Shown one piece after another: positions 57,783-64,000 of a stretch of DNA of 64,000 bases (position 1 is the stretch's first letter; every line of letters begins with the position of its first letter). Both the position numbers and the translations under genes were made by a program. A model generated the notes under the pieces. The model did not search any database. It worked only from the letters and a program-made list of their open reading frames with translations, and had not been told where the DNA came from. The stretch is from Candidatus Kaiserbacteria bacterium (GTDB taxonomy: Bacteria > Patescibacteriota > Minisyncoccia > Phycocordibacterales > Phycocordibacteraceae), in NCBI GenBank assembly GCA_016182485.1, contig JACPGH010000003.1, forward strand, positions 70,331 through 134,330, written 5' to 3'.

Positions 57783-57823
57783 ATTCGCCGGACCGTTCCG
57801 ACGAGTCCGCAGGCATGCTAGCA
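57783..57823 (-). promoter_or_regulatory. Promoter plus conserved 5' leader hairpin, copy 2 (pyrF-like)
   Basis: TGCTAGCAT followed by CGGAC-TCGTCGGA-ACGG-TCCGGCGA-AT. Confidence 0.55.
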
Positions 57824-57851
57824 CCGGCGGATGTACGGATGCATTAACGGT

Positions 57852-58520
57852 CTACTGACTCGCCCCGTTAGAAATCAGATTTCTAACGGGGCTCACAAAA
57901 GGATTGTCTTTGATATAAAAGCGCCAGGGAAGCTCCGCGCCGTTTTTCACTCCGATACGGGTCGAAATTCCAATCGCGCTTTTCGGCATGCTGGTATGAT
58001 ATATCATACCACTTGAAGATTCGTACGGTTCGATCACTTCGAATATGCCGAAGAGCTCATTTAGAGGCAGGCCGTTCTCCTTGCCGGTGATGCCGAAGGC
58101 TTGGCAGAACTTCGCTGGACCCGAGCAGAGCGCGCGAGTAGGGAGGTTTAACCTCCCTACTCGCGTATTGCTTGTGCTGCGTAGCTTTAGCGAAGCAGTA
58201 CGGCGCCGTTGCATGTGCGCGAGTCCTTCTACGGGCTCGACGGCGCGTATCAATATCGCGCCCGCGCTCCCTTTGTTCGTCGTGACGTTGGCGCACCAAT
58301 GCATTCCGTACGTGAAATATACGTACCAATGGCCGTAAGTATCGCGCATCGCCCGGCTCCTCGGAGTGATGCGAAACGCGTGCGAGCCCGGGTCCGTCGT
58401 GTATGCTTCTGTCTCGACGATTATTCCGGCGCAGCCGTTAAACCGCACGATTTTTCCGAGCAATTTCGGCGCCAATTCAATGGCGCTGCCGGTGAACCAC
58501 GAGCCAGAGAGTCGCTTCAT
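57852..58520 (-). CDS. mpg: DNA-3-methyladenine glycosylase (AAG/MPG family)
   Basis: IVETEAY, YVYFTYGMHWCANV, AILIRAVEP, SGPAK, RIGV and LPWRF. Confidence 0.92.
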   Translation of the reverse strand: MKRLSGSWFTGSAIELAPKLLGKIVRFNGCAGIIVETEAYTTDPGSHAFRITPRSRAMRDTYGHWYVYFTYGMHWCANVTTNKGSAGAILIRAVEPVEGLAHMQRRRTASLKLRSTSNTRVGRLNLPTRALCSGPAKFCQAFGITGKENGLPLNELFGIFEVIEPYESSSGMIYHTSMPKSAIGISTRIGVKNGAELPWRFYIKDNPFVSPVRNLISNGASQ

Positions 58521-58559
58521 GCGCTCAGGATACCTGCCATATGCAAAAATGGAATCGGT

Positions 58560-59102
58560 CTAGACCTGAACCGTATAGATCTCGACATTAGTCGCCCCCT
58601 CTTCTTCCAGGCATTTCGCTACGTCGGTTTTCTCGTCGGCATGGACGGCGACTAGTATATCGCCCGCCTCTACGCGATCCGCGTATTTCTTCGCGGCCGG
58701 CTCGCTTATTCCCCAAGAAACGAGCGCGCCGATAAGTCCTCCGGCCGCAGCGCCCGTGATCGCGCCCGCGGCGGCTGTCCCGAGCGCGCCGGCGCCTAGT
58801 CCGAGAGCGGCCGCAAGGGGCCCTGCGACGAAGATTGGGCCGATAACGGGAAGCGCCCCTGCTACCGTCGCGAGACCGATACCCGCTCCGATGGCCCCGC
58901 CCCATGCCGCTCCAGTCTTTGCGCCCTCCGCGGGCGTAGAACGGCTCACTTCTTCGGGGTCGACTTCTTTCACTTGACCATGAACATCTTTGTAAACATA
59001 AGAAATCTCGGATGTCGGAACATCGACCTCCTTATGAAGGCGGTTAACCGCCTTCTCCGCGTTTTCCCTCGTTGCGAACGTCGCGATAGTCAGCTTTTTC
59101 AT
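58560..59102 (-). CDS. General stress / glycine-zipper membrane protein
   Basis: GAKTGAAWGG..PVIGPIFVAGPL..GGLIGAL..GI.E..A..Y...V.AG. Confidence 0.75.
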   Translation of the reverse strand: MKKLTIATFATRENAEKAVNRLHKEVDVPTSEISYVYKDVHGQVKEVDPEEVSRSTPAEGAKTGAAWGGAIGAGIGLATVAGALPVIGPIFVAGPLAAALGLGAGALGTAAAGAITGAAAGGLIGALVSWGISEPAAKKYADRVEAGDILVAVHADEKTDVAKCLEEEGATNVEIYTVQV

Positions 59103-59176
59103 GATTTTCGTATGGTTACTGCCGCTCTATAGCATCACGATAGTACGAGCCCCCTTAGGTTGGGGTTAAGGAGAAT

Positions 59177-60520
59177 CTATCGGAGAATGAATTCTTCCGA
59201 ATGTATTCGATCTCTGCGGACGCCTAAGCTCTCGAACTGGGTCCGCAAAGCGGTCATGAATCCCTGCGGTCCGCACAGAAATATTTCCATATCGGATACA
59301 TCCTTATCTCCGGCCACAACATGGGCAGAAAGCCGGCCGCGCTCCTCTGAGGCATGCACGTGGAATCTGAAGCGGGACTCTTTTCTCGCCAACTCTTCGA
59401 TTTCAGGGGCGTAAGCCGCCTCTTCCCGAGTCTTGACCGAATACCATAATTCTATTTCGTATCCGTTCAGGATGCTCATATTCTGCTTGATCCATCGGAC
59501 CATGGAGACGAACGGGGTGATGCCGATCCCTCCCGCGAGCCACAGCTGCTTTTTGCCGGGAACTTTATTGAAGGAGAAGGCTCCGAAGGGGCCTTCGAGC
59601 CGGCTCGTTGTGCCCGGCTTGACGTCGCTAAGAAGAGAAGTAAAGTCTCCCAGTTTTTTCACTCCCATGGACAGCTTGGCGTCATTCGGACTGGAAGTGA
59701 GCGAGAAGGGATGCGACTGCGAAAGCGTTCCGCCGGTTTCGAATCGCAGGAAAACGAATTGGCCCGGCGAGAAGCGCATTTTCCGTCCGAGCGGAGCGAG
59801 CACGAGCTCGGCGACGTCCGCACTAACTTTCCTCACCTCTTTCACTGCGTAGCGGTATTCTCGCGCTTTATAGAGAGAGAATACTGTTCGGTACGCATAC
59901 GCGAGCCCGCCGGCAGTCGCGAGCGCGAGGAGGTAATATCTCAGGACTATATTCGCAGTAACGTCGGTCGGCATGAGAAGTACGTGTATTGTCCCGAGTA
60001 TCAGGACGACGCCGAGAAATTTGTGCGTCGCTTTCCAGTTCTCATACTTGAATTTCAAATAAAGCGTTATCACCATGAGTACGATGAAGGATGCGAGCGC
60101 GAGCTCTCCGAGCACGACCCCCGTATCAGTGAACGAGAAGAGGAATGCGAAAGCGGCGGCTGGCGAGAAGAATAGGTACTGAAGAGTAAGGAAAAGCGGA
60201 TGGAGAAGTATGAGCGAGAACGCGAGCACTCCCACCGAGTGATGCTTCACATACGCTTTGTTTAGGCCGGTAAAAATCTTGTCGAGGAAGGGGAGCCGGG
60301 CCGAGAGCACGAAATTGAGCGAGAGAAGCGCAAAACCGAGCAGTCCGGCGGCTTGCCCCGCGCTCCGGAGAGTGGTAGGCACGGAGGCGAAGCGCGGCCC
60401 GATCGGCTTGATGAAAAGCCATATGACTATCGGAATTATCGCAAGAATCGCGATCGCTATACCGTCCGCATTGCGTTTCAGAAAGGCTTTCATACCAGTT
60501 GGAGAAATGGGGCCTTTCAT
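59177..60520 (-). CDS. Ferric reductase-like transmembrane FAD/NAD-binding oxidoreductase
   Basis: TM His pairs; PGQF, HPFS, EGPFG, AGGIGITP, CGP and EEF. Confidence 0.88.
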   Translation of the reverse strand: MKGPISPTGMKAFLKRNADGIAIAILAIIPIVIWLFIKPIGPRFASVPTTLRSAGQAAGLLGFALLSLNFVLSARLPFLDKIFTGLNKAYVKHHSVGVLAFSLILLHPLFLTLQYLFFSPAAAFAFLFSFTDTGVVLGELALASFIVLMVITLYLKFKYENWKATHKFLGVVLILGTIHVLLMPTDVTANIVLRYYLLALATAGGLAYAYRTVFSLYKAREYRYAVKEVRKVSADVAELVLAPLGRKMRFSPGQFVFLRFETGGTLSQSHPFSLTSSPNDAKLSMGVKKLGDFTSLLSDVKPGTTSRLEGPFGAFSFNKVPGKKQLWLAGGIGITPFVSMVRWIKQNMSILNGYEIELWYSVKTREEAAYAPEIEELARKESRFRFHVHASEERGRLSAHVVAGDKDVSDMEIFLCGPQGFMTALRTQFESLGVRRDRIHSEEFILR

Positions 60521-60753
60521 ACCAAGTGTTTATTCGCGAAAGCAAAGCCAGAACCTTGTTTCAGGTATTTTTCAAACGCGAGCGCCTTTGCTTTGTTTTT
60601 GAATGCGGAATAAAAAGTTAGCCTCATATCATCGGCATTTTTGGTTGTCTTTACACTTCTTGATTGGTGAGCACTAAATCTCGCTCTCAGGTCTTCACTG
60701 AAGCCGATATATTTTCTGCCGCCGGAGTTTGTGAGAATATAGACGTAGTACAT
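60517..60753 (-). CDS. Small GIY-YIG nuclease
   Basis: YYVYIL..KYIGFSEDL..R..H and A.AFEKYLKQGSG. Confidence 0.88.
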   Translation of the reverse strand: MYYVYILTNSGGRKYIGFSEDLRARFSAHQSRSVKTTKNADDMRLTFYSAFKNKAKALAFEKYLKQGSGFAFANKHLV

Positions 60754-60766
60754 GCAGAAATAATAC

Positions 60767-60903
60767 GCCCTACTTCGCTCATTTAGGACAATGAGCTTCG
60801 AAGGGCACTGCTTCGCTTAAAAACACAAAAACCACCCGCGAGAGTGGTTTTGCGTCAGTGCCGTGCACTGCGTAGCTCGGCGTAATCGACGAGCGAAGCA
60901 GTG
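60767..60903. repeat. REP-like hairpins and terminator between tmRNA and the GIY-YIG gene
   Basis: GCCCT..GCTCATT..AATGAGC..AGGGC; AAAACCAC..GTGGTTTT; CACTGCGTAGCTCG..CGAGCGAAGCAGTG. Confidence 0.6.
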
Positions 60904-61300
60904 GAGGTGTCGAGAGTCGAACTCGAGTCCGAATCTGATGTTGAAAGCGCTTCTACGACGCGTAGTCGGCGTTAGGTTTAAGGCAGGATGCGAGGAACGT
61001 AGACGAAACCATTCCTGCCCGATCCCTTATCTCGATGCGCCGGGCGGGAGGCCGGACATCCATTCTGCAGATAATTCCGCCCAGTCCTCCGACTGCAAAA
61101 ACTCGAGAGGATGAACGTCGCCCGGTTAGGCCGAAGCCGTAACGTGGGAGAACGCGAAATCACCCATACCGAAGTACGGAGACTTCACGCTTGCAAGAGT
61201 GTTCTTGGCAAGTTTGGTTCCCGCCGGATTTACGTGGCGAACGGGAGTGCACTGCGTCGCGCGTCTTTCAAAGTACAGACCGTCTAAGCCGGTCACCCCC
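60901..61300 (-). ncRNA. ssrA: tmRNA
   Basis: 5' GGGGGTG pairs with 3' CACCTCC-A (G3.U70); T-arm TCGAG-TTCGACT-CTCGA; internal tag ORF ending ASA*; next to smpB. Confidence 0.93.
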
Positions 61301-61457
61301 CTAAAATGCATTGTATCAAAATGCGCTTTAGGCGATTGGCTGGCAAATGCGGCAAAGCCCTGCGGGCGGATACACTCGTTTTTCTGCTGAAAAACTGCGC
61401 TCTCTCCTCGGCGCCGTCGCTCCTGCGGCAGTCCGTCCTCGGACTCTGCCGCATTTG

Positions 61458-61901
61458 CTACTTTGTTTTCAATAGCCGGTCGCGTTCGCGAAGGGCTTCT
61501 CGCTTCTTCAGGTCCTCGCGGCGGTCGGACTTGCCTTTACCGCGCACTATCGCGATAGCCGCTTTCACGAACCGCTTATTACTATATATCTCAAGAGGCA
61601 CTATTGTCAAGCCTTTTTTCGATTCGGCGTCGGCTAATTCGGCGATTTCCTTCTTAGTGAGGAGAAGCCGGCGCGGCCGCTCGGCGTCATAACCCTTGGG
61701 CATATTGGCCGCCTGGTAGGGAGGAATGGTCATGCCGACCAGATATGCCTCCCCGCCGCGCACCAGCACCCGCGCGCCCTCGAGCGAGCCGAGCTTACTG
61801 CGCAGAGCTTTCACTTCGGGGCCCAGAAGCTCGATTCCCGCCGAAAAGCGCGCGAGCGGCGCGTACTTTATTAATGCTTTCTTATATTCGACGAGGACCA
61901 T
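61458..61901 (-). CDS. smpB: SsrA-binding protein
   Basis: AGIELLGPEVKALR, R.RRLLL.KKEI, GLTIVPL and GKGKSDRRE. Confidence 0.93.
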   Translation of the reverse strand: MVLVEYKKALIKYAPLARFSAGIELLGPEVKALRSKLGSLEGARVLVRGGEAYLVGMTIPPYQAANMPKGYDAERPRRLLLTKKEIAELADAESKKGLTIVPLEIYSNKRFVKAAIAIVRGKGKSDRREDLKKREALRERDRLLKTK

Positions 61902-61922
61902 ACTAGAGAGTATAGTACGTTT

Positions 61923-63890
<1,968 letters not shown>

Positions 63891-63914
63891 ATAAGGTAGG
63901 ATTAGAAGGGCATT

Positions 63915-63987
63915 GCGCGCATAGCTCAATGGTTAGAGCTTTCGGCTTATATCCGAAAGGTTCCAGGTTCGAGTCCTGGTGCGCGCA
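63915..63987 (+). tRNA. tRNA-Ile(TAT)
   Basis: GCGCGCA/TGCGCGC acceptor, anticodon arm TTCGG-CTTATAT-CCGAA, T-loop TTCGAGT, discriminator A. Confidence 0.88.
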
Positions 63988-64000
63988 CAGCGGAGTTAAC

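Overview
The window looks like a piece of a Candidate Phyla Radiation (Patescibacteria/Parcubacteria-like) chromosome. This assignment is inferred from gene content, many near-leaderless genes and CPR-type palindromic repeats. Housekeeping genes are guaA, mscL, prfB, ftsEX, pyrG, purM, typA, pyrE, a degenerate pyrF, mpg, smpB, tmRNA and ftsH. There are eight tRNA genes, including a tRNA-Thr(GGT) split by a very small (184-nt) group I intron and a rare tRNA-Ile(TAT). An AT-richer accessory/defence region lies between tRNA-Gln (22.4 kb) and tRNA-Phe/tRNA-Arg (35.8 kb). It carries a Panacea TA pair, a controller-like HTH, a 1603-aa helicase-nuclease, a DUF2779-like nuclease and a type IIG R-M enzyme. 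It is followed by a repeat-punctuated cassette-like tract (NYN nuclease, lexA-Pol Y, methyltransferases, NUDIX). The best candidate for an undescribed system is a 7-codon leader ORF (MQRRNFR) overlapping a terminator hairpin directly upstream of tRNA-Phe(GAA) and tRNA-Arg(TCT), which are tRNAs that read the leader's last codons. This suggests ribosome-mediated attenuation of accessory tRNA genes. All calls come from reading motifs by eye; no searches were run.
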